A stretch of 64,000 nucleotides of DNA from Geosiphon pyriformis uo1 (lineage: Eukaryota > Fungi > Glomeromycota): NCBI GenBank assembly GCA_016748015.1, contig JAAOMT010000664.1:8715-72714 (forward strand). Reading direction: 5' to 3'. Each line of letters opens with the position of its first letter. Positions within the stretch are counted from its first letter, which is position 1. Below the pieces are notes generated by a model. That model did no database searches. It was not told the DNA's origin and saw nothing but the letters and a program-made list of their open reading frames with translations. The translations under genes were made by a program, and so were the position numbers. Below are positions 44,548 to 56,358 of the stretch, one piece after another.

Positions 44548-45210
44548 ATGAGAGAATTACTTTACACAATTTTAGAATTGGAGGATTGATACAGAAATCG
44601 TGCTCGATGTGGGTTTTGCACCACTCTTTTTAGTGATGAAGATATAGCTGTTTGCCAAATTAGAACACGGAGCAAAGTAACTCATAGAATAGTTGCTAAT
44701 GATTTTGTTTGTGAAAACTGTAAGGACAAATTCGAGAATGATGAATTACCGAAATGTGTGAGATGTGGGAGATTAAAGAACAAGTCAGATATCGATGCTG
44801 CCACTGGTAAATATATTTGTCGTTGTATCGAGCGCGGAGAAGTTTTGGAAAAAGAGGATTTGCCAGTTTTACCTCATCAAAGAAATGAGGCAATCTTTTA
44901 TGAAGAACAGATAAACAATCTACAAGAAAAGTTAAATACCGCTGAAACAGAAATAGACACGCACTTGGAAGCGTTAGAAATCTCTGAAGACTGGCACAAA
45001 AGACAAAAGCAGGAACTTTTAGATAGAATTAAAGAATTGGAATTTGAAGTCGAAAGATTAAAAAAACTAACTCCTCAAGAACTGGTTAATGAAATAGAAT
45101 CTTATAAGGAAGAGGTGGCTCAATTAAAATCTCAATTAGAAAAATTAAATTCTCAACAGAAGGCTCAAATTGAAGTTAAAAAGTGACCTTGATTGAAAAT
45201 AAGGAAGTAA
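44548..45210 (+). CDS. Zn-ribbon plus coiled-coil hypothetical protein, 220 aa in code 4
   Basis: ATG 9 nt after the previous stop. TGA at 44587, 45184 and 45190. CGFC, CENC, CVRC and CRC motifs, ending AQIEVKKWPWLKIRK-TAA. Confidence 0.85.
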
Positions 45211-45244
45211 TTAAAGAAATTAAAAGATACCCGAGTAATGTCAG

Positions 45245-45280
45245 ATGTTCACTTTGTCTGGTTTTGTTGCAGCATGCCCC
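45245..45280 (-). repeat. Right terminal inverted repeat
   Basis: Reverse complement is GGGGCATGCTGCAACAAAACCAGACAAAGTGAACAT. Confidence 0.93.
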
Positions 45281-47522
45281 ATATAATATATACGTTTAAA
45301 TCAAATTATTGAAAGCTATTTATTTAAATTATAAAATGCTTTAAAAAATTAGTTTCTAATAAAAATTAATATTAAATTAATTAATTTAATTTGTATATTA
45401 ATATATATATTATAAACCTGAATAAATTATTTTTATTATAAATAATATTACAACTATTTAAGTTGGTTTATGAATTTTTTAAATTTCACAAATTTTAGCT
45501 AAAACTAATTGTTTCATTGTTCGATATATATTAATTACATAAAAAACTGTATGGAAATGCTGATCGTCAAGATAGTAATTAAGAGTCCAAAATGAGGCCT
45601 ATACATCAAAAGACTTGTAGCTGATGTGGTAACATAAAGAGCATTGGAGAGCTCGAAGTGTACAACTGCCGGAATTGGGGGGGATGTAATGGACATAGAT
45701 GAAAATGGCGCTCAGGGATCCTCCTCCGAGGATTGCTTGACGGAGGATCATGCAGGAAATAGTGGTCTTACTTAGAAATGCTTAGTACTACCTACATGTC
45801 TATGGGCAGTAAAACTAGATTTAACGAAATCGAATAGAAAATTAATGACACTTCAAAAATATTTAAAAATGAGCTTCGGATCACGGAAATGGGCTCTAAA
45901 GAAAAGCTTGGTTAATTGTCCTATTAACATTAATTATTTTTGATTTTGAGTAACGTGGCCTACGCGACATCATAAAAATAGCAGCCCAAATCGGTAATAT
46001 CAAGTCTTCAAAGAAATTATCTGTCAAAATAATCTTGTGTTTTAATTACTATGGATTGCCAGCCTGTCTTTAAATGAGTAAGACATTTGGCAATTGGGCT
46101 GTGGAGATCCTTGTGAGGTTAATTTCAGCCGCAAGATTCGTTCTGATCAATTACCTTCCTCAATGATAATTCAAAGAACGGATGATTGCGAGTTATGGGA
46201 GCAAGGTAGTCACAAAAAACGGGAATTTTTCAACCTCACGAAAGTTCGTATCATCTCGAAAATTTCTGCTTCCATCTTGGATGTTTTATAATCAAAAATT
46301 AGCTGTTACATTCACCATTGTCCAAAATATCATTGAGATTTAATCAAAGTTCGTATTTAAGAAATCTTCTGAGAGCGTCTTATTGGATTAAATGTTCAAG
46401 CTGGATGATAGGTGAACCCAGCATCTTGAATTGACCACGAGGCAGAACAAAATATTAAAATTTTGTTCTGTAATGTGGAGGTTTGAGCGTATTTTTCAAG
46501 GCTTTTCATTTGGTCGTCCTCTTCATGTTGTTCCAGCCTTGAGGAATTCCTTTGACGAAAGTTGAATTTTGGTACCCTAGTATTCCGAGGTAATTCATGT
46601 AGTTGAAGTAGATTTCGTAATTGCACCCCAAGCATGCTTTACCAACTCAAATATCTGAACATCATGAATCCATTATCGATTAATATAGAAATTCAAATAG
46701 CAGCATTAAACGTTTTATAAAAAGTCATTTACATTCCTCGGACACTGTACCAGATATAAGATAGGTCAATTGCTAAAATTAGTACAAGGGAAAAGTAGCG
46801 TATGATGAACAGGGACTTTACCAAAATGGTGCAAGCAGGAAACCGTCAGCGAAAAAGATGAGTGTGACAGTTGGAATACATCGCGCACCTGATTCAATAA
46901 AGGCGATCGCTGCTACCACGATGAGCCCCTCCAGTTTTATTCTGAAACAATTTAAATTGAGAGAACCCGAATTCTCCAATATTGCTGAATTACCCCCAAG
47001 GTTGGGAATAGGGTTAATGAGTTTCTTGAGGACATCTGTTATTATAGCCTGACTTCATTTTAATAATATTGGTGATGATTGGCCAAGTTCAAAGGTTGGA
47101 TGGCTTCACTTATGCTAAGGAATTTTCTCTTCTATTGAGGCTTGAGGTCCATTATCCAAGTTCCCAACCCTAAATCTGATCTTGATAATAACGAATAATT
47201 CTTGAATCCTTTCCAAAATTATCACACACCAACTTGCGTCTCATAATCGTCTTGCCACAAAATTGATCAAAAAATTCCTTGTTGCTCGTTCTCCAGTTTA
47301 TTGCACATTAATTCCTCATTCTCTTCCCCTAATGTATCGCCAAAAGTCTCAATTTCCAATACCACTCCACTCATTCATCTCCCAACCTTCCATAATTTGA
47401 AATAGTTACTCTCTATAAAATTTTCTATTTATAAATATAAACACACATGCAGAATCGCATTTGTCCCTGCCCTTGTTGCTGATTTTCGCTAGTAGTGGCT
47501 GTATTTTATCTGATTAAGAGGA

Positions 47523-48341
47523 TTATTCCAAGCTCTTGAGTAATCCCTCCAGGCTAAACCGTGGGTCATTCGGATCGGTTATTACTATGGAGAAAAAGAT
47601 ATGTAGTTTAATTAGCTTTCTCGGCTCTTGAATGATTCGAGATAAAATCTTGAGTTAACATTGACATCTCCCCGCTATGTTCCCTTCCCAATGATTGTCA
47701 GGAATGGATTTAACTTTAGCCAAGAACACTGTACTTTTAGAAAAAGAATTCTGGATTTGATAACTCTAATCAAAGCCAATTTATTTGTTGAAAGTTCTAT
47801 CTAAAGTAATCCATCTTGTTCCAAGATTTATAAGTGATAGTCAAAGATCCAATGCCATGAACATTAGTTCTCGCTCCTCGTGTAACACATACATGAGGAT
47901 CATCATCAAATATACCAATCCCAATCACCTTTTTTCGAACAATTCTCCAGGAAATCAAAAGACAATTTCCAAATAAAAAGAAAACATTAATTACCACCAC
48001 TCGTGTTCTCAGCAGCTAGCTTAGCGGCATAAGCAGCTTTCGCTTTAGCGATTAGTTCCTCCTTACGGTGATACTTTTCTAGAGCTTTTCGCTTGGCTTC
48101 CGCGTGTACTAGGGACCGGCTGTGAAACCAGCCGTAAAAAATTCCCACGCCTAATGCCGTCCAGCGAGCAAGCTAGAAATTCGAAGATTAATATAATTTC
48201 TCAAACTGTCTTTGGGCTTTTATAGCAGCTTTAAACCTTTTCATAAGTTACTGATTTAACTAGTGCTTATTTTTTAGGTAGCTAGTTCAAAAAACAATGG
48301 CACAAGCAAAAGAAAAATACCTTTAGGTCCGGAGAAACCAT
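47523..48341 (-). CDS. ATP21: Mitochondrial ATP synthase subunit e (3 exons; missed by the ORF track)
   Basis: Spliced product MVSPDLK|LARWTALGVGIFYGWFHSRSL...EELIAKAKAAYAAK...SG|VITDPNDPRFSLEGLLKSLE*, with a GxxxG TM segment and the typical fungal subunit e C-terminus. Confidence 0.88.
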
Positions 48342-49352
48342 TGTATGAAATTTATTAACTTGCAAGTTGTAGAGAGCGAAACAAAATTTTAATACATTTT
48401 CATATAACTTCCCAACGAAAAGTTGCAATCACATGATATGGAGATCGTGTCACGCCCTGCGCGCCATTGACATCTCTATCTAGTACTAATTTACAATCCT
48501 GGCACCATGAAAAAAAACAGGTTTAAAAATATTGAAACGTTAAATATTTAATTATATTCAAATTAATTCAAATATATAATATATGTTTTAAACTTAATCA
48601 TTAATTGACCAATTATTTTGTTTAATTAATAAGTCAATATTCAAGCATAATGATTAAATATGTGATGTTTCTAATTGAACATAAATCAACAAATATTAAA
48701 TGATGTTTTTTTTTTACATTTTGAAAATATTTCAAAAAATAACTTGTTATAATTCTTTCAAAAAAATATTAATATTTTTAAAGGAATCAACATTTTTTGT
48801 ATTAATATATTTTATAAGTTTAAGTTAAAACTAATTTTTTTTTGGTAAAACTAATTTTTTTTAATATAATTTTATTAAAAAACATTTTTGCATATATTAA
48901 AATTATTGTCTTTATAATTAGATATCTTAATAAAATTATAATAATAAAAATAATTTTAAATTTGTAAATTTTTAAAAATATATTAATATTATAATAATAA
49001 CATTAATACTTTATTTTAATATTTTTTTAATAAAAATTGTATTTTACTTATTGTTGTAAATTAATATATATTTTAACTAATTTGTTTAAATTTGTTTTTT
49101 ATATCAATAATTAAAAAAAATTGTTATAAATAAATTGAGAAATAATTAACAATCTTAAATACAAATTATAATAAATTGAATAAATATTTTTTAAATTGTA
49201 AAAATAAATTAATGTTAAATTTGTTTTTTAAATTATTTATTTTACTAATTTATTTTATTATAAACATAAATGATATAAAAATTTATTTTTATATAATATT
49301 AATAATTATTATATATATATATAATTTGGAAAACTTTTTGTTTCTTTAATTT

Positions 49353-52300
49353 TATGACCATGACCAAAGCAAAGAATAAAAAAGCTACACCTAATATCTT
49401 TCCTGAGATATCTAATAAAATTTCAACCAGAGGAGCTTTCTCTGTTATAGAAGCAACTAAACAAAACGTTTTAAAAGCCTTTCCTTGACCCAGTAATTGT
49501 GAAAAGCTGCCTTTGGTAGCTGCTGAAGCAACTTTTTCATCTTTGGCTGGTTTTTCACCAGTCAAAATTCCCTCAAAGAAACACACTTGGATTAGTTTCA
49601 GTGTTGCCTCTATTTTAACTAAGAGCCCAAAAGTGTTTAACAATAGACCAGTTAACAAGCTGGTCTTCTCTTCTCTTGTTTTAACACCTGGTGCTACTAG
49701 CACCACCTTTTCAAAAAAAATGGTCAAAAAGACCAAAAGTTCAGAAAAGTAGGAGCAGTTGCTTGCCTTTGCTATTGTTACACCAAATCCCTTTGTGGTT
49801 TCCAATAAGATCTTAAGTGAGATTTCTATAGTATCATCCAACACATTATCCAAGATGAGCCAAGATTAACTACTGGCTATGTTGTTAAATATGATGTCTT
49901 CTGACAGATTATTGCCAGTTTTAGAAACAAAACAATCATTTCCTATTGGGTCATCTGTTTTTAAGAACTGGGCTGATCAGATGAAAACTGAATTATCTTT
50001 TCCTCTGGTTTTTGGTGCTGCTGCTGATAGTGCTTGGGAAACTATTACTAATTATCAAAGGTTTACTGAGTAAGTGGCCTCCACTCTGATGCCTGATGCT
50101 ATTTTTAAGATCAAATTGGCTTATATTAAGACTGTTTTTCAGTCTGTACATGGTTTTTTGGATGCGAAATTAGTGTCAAAAGACAATGTGAAACTGTTTT
50201 GTATAAAGTTTGCTTCTCAAGTATCTTTGGAAGCTGCATTTTTGGTTGAGCTTACAAGCTCTGTATGTTTGACCACTCTTAAAATTACCAAGTCCTTGGT
50301 AGTTTCTGAGTCTGGTTTTTCTTTTGCTGCTGTTGTACTGCATGATATGCCTTTGGGTGTGTTTGCTGCTGACATTAAGACAGCTCTCAGTGTTTTTGGT
50401 GTGGTTACTTGTGTTGTGCTGAAGCCTGCCAGTGTTACTCATAAAATATAGGAAGTATATTAGCATATAAATTAGCCAATCATAAGTAAACGTAGTAAAT
50501 GTGGAATTCCAGAATTCCTTTTAGAGGAATTGCAGAATTTTTATAGAAGGAATCGTAGAATTTCAGAATTTCAGAATTCCTCTCAAAGGAATTGCAGAAT
50601 TCCAGAAATTCCAGGATTCCTGACATAAAAAATTGAGAAATTGAGGAATCTCAAATATATATATATAGCAGTAATATCAGAAGTTAAAAAATTAGTCAAT
50701 AGAACTCAGAGTCAATTGATTTGCAGAGTCAATTAGACTCATAAAATCAATTAGACTTGCAAATCATAATTATTAAAATTACAAAAAAAAAACCCCTTTT
50801 TAGTTAAGACTTTTCAGTTTAGATTTGATTTAAGCAATCTTTTACATCACAAATAAATAATTATTTACTATCTCAATTCATTCTCCACTATCAACATTTC
50901 ATGTTGATAGTAATTGATACTTAATCACACTAGAACAATAGCTCTTGATTATGACTATTGACGGAATACTAACTTGTAATTGCTTTTATTTATTTCTATA
51001 TCTTCTTTTATTTTCTTTTATTTTCTTTTGTTATTTCTTCGGTTTTACTAAAATTGATTAAGAATTAAGTGCTAAGATACAGACATTATAGGAATTGGTA
51101 AAAGACCTGTGAAACAAGGGTAGAACACTCATAGATTTAAGGATAGCTTACCAGAAGGATTACTGGCCACCATACTGAGAAAAAATTTGATGAAACTGCA
51201 GTTTTGGGAAGCTACAGATAAAACAATTAATTATATCTCTGTTCATTATACAAAAAATTCCACAACAAAACCTTCAGAAAAACCCATCTTCAGAAATTAC
51301 CAACATTATTATATCAATCAAGTACCAAGTTACAGGTTTATTATTTGATTTGAGACTCCAAATAATCACTTGTAACACTGGTATTTGGTAGTATGTTGTG
51401 GTCTATTTTAAGAATTTGGCTGCTGCCACATTTGCTCTCAATCACTGGTCAGTTTTGGTAAACAAAGATAGTGTTCGGATTTTTCTCTTTGTGAATTAAC
51501 AAGAAACAATTGTGTTTTGTGATAGGTTTAAGACCAAGTTGGTTAATCTTTCTCCTGACTGTACTGCCTTTGAAATCAGTAATATGATTTCTCAAGTTGG
51601 TGGTCAGTCTTGTTTTATTTCTCAGTCTCCTAATTCTAGTCATCATTTTCATTTTGCTCTGGTTATGTTTGGTTCTCAAGCTGATTTGGACCTTGCTGTT
51701 GTTAAAACTGGTACACTGAGAAAGTGCTGTATCTGGTAAGAAACTCCTGGTTGTTGGCATTGTTTTTGGTGTCAAAAAATAAGCCACTTGGCCATGTACT
51801 ATAAGGTTGCTCCACTTCTCTCTTCTAAAACTTCTAAGATGTTTAAACCACATTCTGTTGGTTTTTTGTCTTATGCAAAGGCATCTGTTCCCTCTGTTCT
51901 TTCTGAATTTCTTTTTTTGGTGGCTTTTGCTCCTTCTGTTGCTGTTGAAGATTCTTTGGTGTTTTCTCAGCTGGCATCTCTGGAATCTGATTTGGCCAAG
52001 CTTTTTGTTTTGGTTGAATCTATTGTTAAGCTTGTTGGCTCTATGGTTAAAGTTTTTGAACAATTTGTTAATGGTAATCTGGTTTCAAGTTCAGCTCTTG
52101 GCCTTAGAGTCAACAAGGTTTTGGTTTACATGAATACTTTTAGCAAAGCTGTTGGTAAGTTGGAGTGAGAAGTAGTCGCTTTGAAAACAAAATATGGTTT
52201 TGAGAACATTAATATGTCTGGCCTTCATGTTAGTTTGTCATCTTTTGATAATAATATGTTTTTTAATTTGATGTCTTTTTGGAAACATGAACCTGCTGCT

Positions 52301-52426
52301 ATAAAGGCTGATGCCTTTAAGACAGCTGAGTGGTTGGTTGGATTAGTTAATAATAGTACTATATTATTTGAGATTATTCAAAGAATATTTTCTTTGAATA
52401 AGTTTTTTTTTGATACATTAATATAG
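49353..52426 (+). mobile_element. Decayed non-LTR retrotransposon ORF1-like (gag/RRM/Zn-knuckle) relic, interrupted by a solo LTR
   Basis: Long collinear reading frame with scattered TAA/TAG/TGA stops, a degenerate CxxC..H knuckle near 51753-51790 and strong CpG depletion. The frame resumes across the 50433-51377 insertion (LKPA|GIW). Confidence 0.6.
50433..51377 (+). mobile_element. Solo LTR of the Ty3/gypsy family found at 56359 onward
   Basis: Begins TGTTACTCATA and ends CACTTGTAACA. Both ends and internal gaattcc repeats match the reverse complement of 56359-57245. Confidence 0.85.
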
Positions 52427-53071
52427 TATAGTCTAAACTGGCTTAAGTAGCTAATTACATGTAATAAGTGTGTAAATTATATTTAGCCCTAAATTTTTTA
52501 GTTTGATCCTAATTTCTAAATAATGGTTGGGCCATACTCATTAAACTCATAATAAAAAAAAATATATATAATTTGATTAAAAATTAAAATATTAATAATA
52601 AGTTCTTTAAATAAATTTATTTAATACAATTTATTTATTGATTTATTAATTGTATTTTATTTTAATATTTAAAATAAACTTAAAAAATACTATTAATAAT
52701 TAAATTTTGGTTATTGTTTTATGTTTAAAAATTTTTTTAAGTCTTAATTAAATCTAAATATATAAAATTAAGAATTTTAATTATTTTTAATTATTTTGCA
52801 ATGTTTAATTAAAAGTAAAAAACATTGAAACAAAAAAATATTTAAGTATATCTTATTTAATTTTTGATAATATATAATTAATTATTAATTAATCACAAAA
52901 ACTTATTGTTTAACAATAATTAAAAAAAATTTTACAATTATTTAATTAATAATTTTTCTCTTGTTGATCCTCTGGCCATGATGAGAATGAAGAATAATTT
53001 TGAAGTTTTAGCTTTTTTTTTTTTTTCTCCCTATTACTTTAGTTATTTCTTCAAACATACTTAATTTTGTC

Positions 53072-56000
53072 ATGATGGAACTGGTGAATGTGGTTGCTGG
53101 TGTTTCTGGCTCTAGTTTGACTGGTTTAGAGACCTGTCTGAGTGTCAAGAAAAAATGTGTAGACAACATTTACTTTCATGGTGCATCTTACAAAAAGCCT
53201 AAGAAGTCTGTTGTTAGTGGTATTGTTGACACATCTGCTGGTCTATTAAACTTGGTGAATATTGGTGGCAACAATGGCAAATCTGTGGTGTTCTGAGGAA
53301 GTGAAGTGGGCAGCATTAAAAGTAGTATTAGTGGTCTTTCTGATTTGGAGAATATGAAGAATGTGGTTGCAGAAAAAACAAATTATGCAGATTTAGATAA
53401 TTCTGTTGGTGATGAGAACATGAGCAATACTACTTTAAAAAAAACTCGGACTTAAACTTATGTGTTAGGCCATCTACTGAAAGCTCCTTTATTTGACAAT
53501 ATAAGTAACAATGACAATGTTTTAGAGCTTCTTTCTCTTAAGTTTAAGGGTTCTAATTAGCTGCCATATGTCAAGTTATGTGGTCTGGATAAGAGAAGCT
53601 TCGAGTCAATAAAATCATTTATATTAGATATTGAGCTTTTGGCTATTTCAGGAAAATTTGTTAGTGACAAATTGATTTTTATAAAAAAAATTTTTTATTG
53701 AATTGATGGTTTTGGAAGAGTCTCTGCTCTTTCAAAATTCCCAGAGATTATCAGATCATCATTGACTTCAGAATTGAGCTTGAATAAGACTAGAAAAATG
53801 GCAATCTGTGAAAAAATTTTGGTAAACAATAATGTTAGAAAGCCGAGCAGTCATTCAAATCAGAAAATAATTGTCAAGGAGATTTCTGTTGATCTTCTCA
53901 AATTGGCTATTGTGGCGGTGTTTTCCAAATTTGGTGAAATTGTTTTAGTTAAGTTATAGTTAGTAGGTCTTTGGCAGAAGGCCTTGATTGAGTTTAGGTC
54001 TGCTGAGGTTGCCAATTTGGTTGCTTCTATGTGGTCTGTTTTGGTAAAAAAGAATTCTGTATGTATGACTTTAGCTATTAACAATAAAGTATTATGGATT
54101 TTAAGGGACATGTACTGTGCTTTGTTGTATACTCTTCCAGTTAGCACAACTGTATATGATTTGTCTGAGTTGTTGGCATCTTATGATAAGAAAACATGTT
54201 TCATTGGTTACAATCTAAATTCATATGTGTAAGATAGGTGTGTTATTGTTTGTTTTAAGGACAAAGTGTCTAAATTGGCTACTATTGGTTCAGTTCCAGT
54301 ATTTAAGGGCATAAGTTTACAGTGGGCTGGTCTTTCTCTGACCTTTTATATTTGATGCAAACAGTTTGGTCATATTACTGTTAATTGTTTGGTGGGTGAG
54401 AATTTTGTTGGTCATAAAAAGTGAGTGATATCTGCTCAGGATCAGATTTGTCTGGCTAGTATTTATAAAAAAAAACAGGCTCCTATTGCCCATTCAGTTT
54501 TTTTTGGTGGTAAAACGTGGGCTTAAGTTGCTAGTGACTTTTTTTTGTGTGTGACTTCTTTGGTTGCTTCTGGTTTTAGGATGCTTTTTGATAGGGAATC
54601 TTCTCCAATGGATTCTTTGCCTCCTGTTTTTGCTGGTTTGAGTGATTGTTTAGCATCTTTGGAATGCTTTTTGGAACTTTTGGCAGACCAGGTCTCTGAT
54701 ATAGTGAAGAAATTGAGTTTTGTTGAAATAATACCTTTGGCACATCCCTCTTGAGAGTTTTCTGTGGATACTTTTGTGGTGGCTAATAAAAGTCTGAACT
54801 TAGATATGGCATTGAATGGTGCATTGTTGCCTTCTGTTCTTTTTTTTTTGGTTGTAAATAATTTTGTCACTGGTTTTAGCTTGAATAGCTTGAAAGTACT
54901 AACCACTAAGGTGAGTGGTTTGGAATCAAAAATAGTGGCTTTGGAGGTGTTAGTTAGGTCTGTTTTGGATAGATTGGATTGTTTGTGCTCTGGCCTGGGT
55001 TTGCTGGCTCTCTTTATCTCTTTTTCTCAATAAGTGACCTAGTATAGAAGTTTGCTATGTGTAATGTTTGAAATATTAATGTCTCTGCCAAGCAGGAAGA
55101 TGTTGTTTAATGGCATAAAAATTCTGAGAATGTGGTTTCAATTGTTATGGAGACAAAGTTAAGATCTAGCATTAAGTTGTGGATCAAGAATAAGTTTGAA
55201 GGAGTGTGAGTTTTTACTTTTGGTCTGGATGTGTGTTTTGCTGGCACTGGTGTTGCTATTATCATGAACAATTTCTTGGCTTGTCATGTAGCTAAAGTGG
55301 AAGAGGTTCCTGGTTGGGTTATTGTGATATGTCTTTTGTTTAAAGGCAAGCTGTTAGTTGTGATTATTGGTTTGTATGCTGGTGCTTTTTTTGCTGTTTG
55401 GTTTGGACAAGTGTTGGTGATCAACTCTATTATTGTAAAGGTTGTTAACTCCAGCACTTTTGTGGTTTTGGATGAAAATTTCAATGAAAATAGACTGGGT
55501 AAGAGTGCAAGTTTTAAGTTTGGTCAATTCCTTTAATGGACATTCATTGGCAAAGGTCTCTACTTGGGGTAATTTATGGAGTGCTGAGAAGACTTTGAAT
55601 TATATCTTTGTCAGTGAGAACTTGTTGTCAGCAGTTGCTGGTCATGGTGTTGGCTCTGTTTCTGCATTTTTTGACACTAATCACAAGGCTGTTATGATGT
55701 CAATTGAATTGGGTGGGCTCCTAGATGTTTGTTTGAATAGCTTGTGTAAGCAGGCTAATAAGAATCATTGAAAGTTTAAAATCAAAGATGCTGATAATGC
55801 CAAATGGTTATGCTTTAAAGAGTGCTCTTCTGCCAAATTTTCGGCTGTGGCCTTGAAGTTTTCAAGTATTCAGGCTTGTGTTAATATACATGATATGTGA
55901 GTGCTATTAGAGAGGTTAATGGTTAAGTTAGCAGATGAAATATTTTTAAGACATTGGTTTAGCAAATTTCAGTGTTTTAAAAACAAGCTTTTTTCTAAGT

Positions 56001-56358
56001 TTTTTGGATTGGAGCTATTAGTTGCCAAATTGGTCAAGAAGTTGGGTCTGGGTAATAAGTGGAAAGTTAATTGGCTCATCAATATATGGTCTAAGTTGAA
56101 TGATAATAAAGCTATTGTAATTGCCAATATAATTTGGGATGGATTGGAAGCTTCAAATGTTCTTAGGCAGTTATTATTGTTTCACAAGGAATACAAAAAG
56201 TCCAAGATGTATAAATCAAAGATGACTGAAGAACTTTCTATTCAGGCAGTCATTAAGAAGTGTATGGAAAAGTTTTGTTCTAACAAAAGTAGTATAATTA
56301 GGAGTGTTTTAGATTATCTTTTTTACAAAGTAGTTTTTGATCATTTGGTTGTAGATGG
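53072..56358 (+). mobile_element. Decayed LINE: ORF1 (53072-55033) and the AP-endonuclease part of ORF2 (from ~55030), truncated by the gypsy insertion
   Basis: ORF2 relic motifs: KFAMCNV..IN, METKL, GTGVAII, IGLYAG, degenerate GDFN (ENFNE), NYIFVS and FDTNH. Many stops. Confidence 0.8.

Larger units (their letters stand above)
37431..45280 (+). mobile_element. Sola1-like cut-and-paste DNA transposon (7,850 bp) with cargo genes
   Basis: 36-bp TIRs (34/36 identical), ATAT on both flanks (37427-37430 and 45281-45284), and an internal DDD transposase with Sola-type motifs. Confidence 0.88.

Noticed and set aside
41727-45210. Mitochondrial insertion (NUMT) as the source of TGA=Trp
   Set aside because: Fungal mitochondria also use code 4, but none of the ORFs resembles a respiratory, homing-endonuclease or plasmid polymerase gene. 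Disfavoured, not formally excluded.
46094-47400. Possible decayed minus-strand multi-exon gene
   Set aside because: Composition looks coding and some splice-like sites exist, but frames are broken and I recognise no family.
50500-50650. Short GAATTCC-type repeats (also 57020-57175) as an independent array
   Set aside because: They are internal repeats of the LTR.
49299-55484. Minus-strand ORFs over the LINE relics
   Set aside because: They are antisense shadows of plus-strand retroelement frames.
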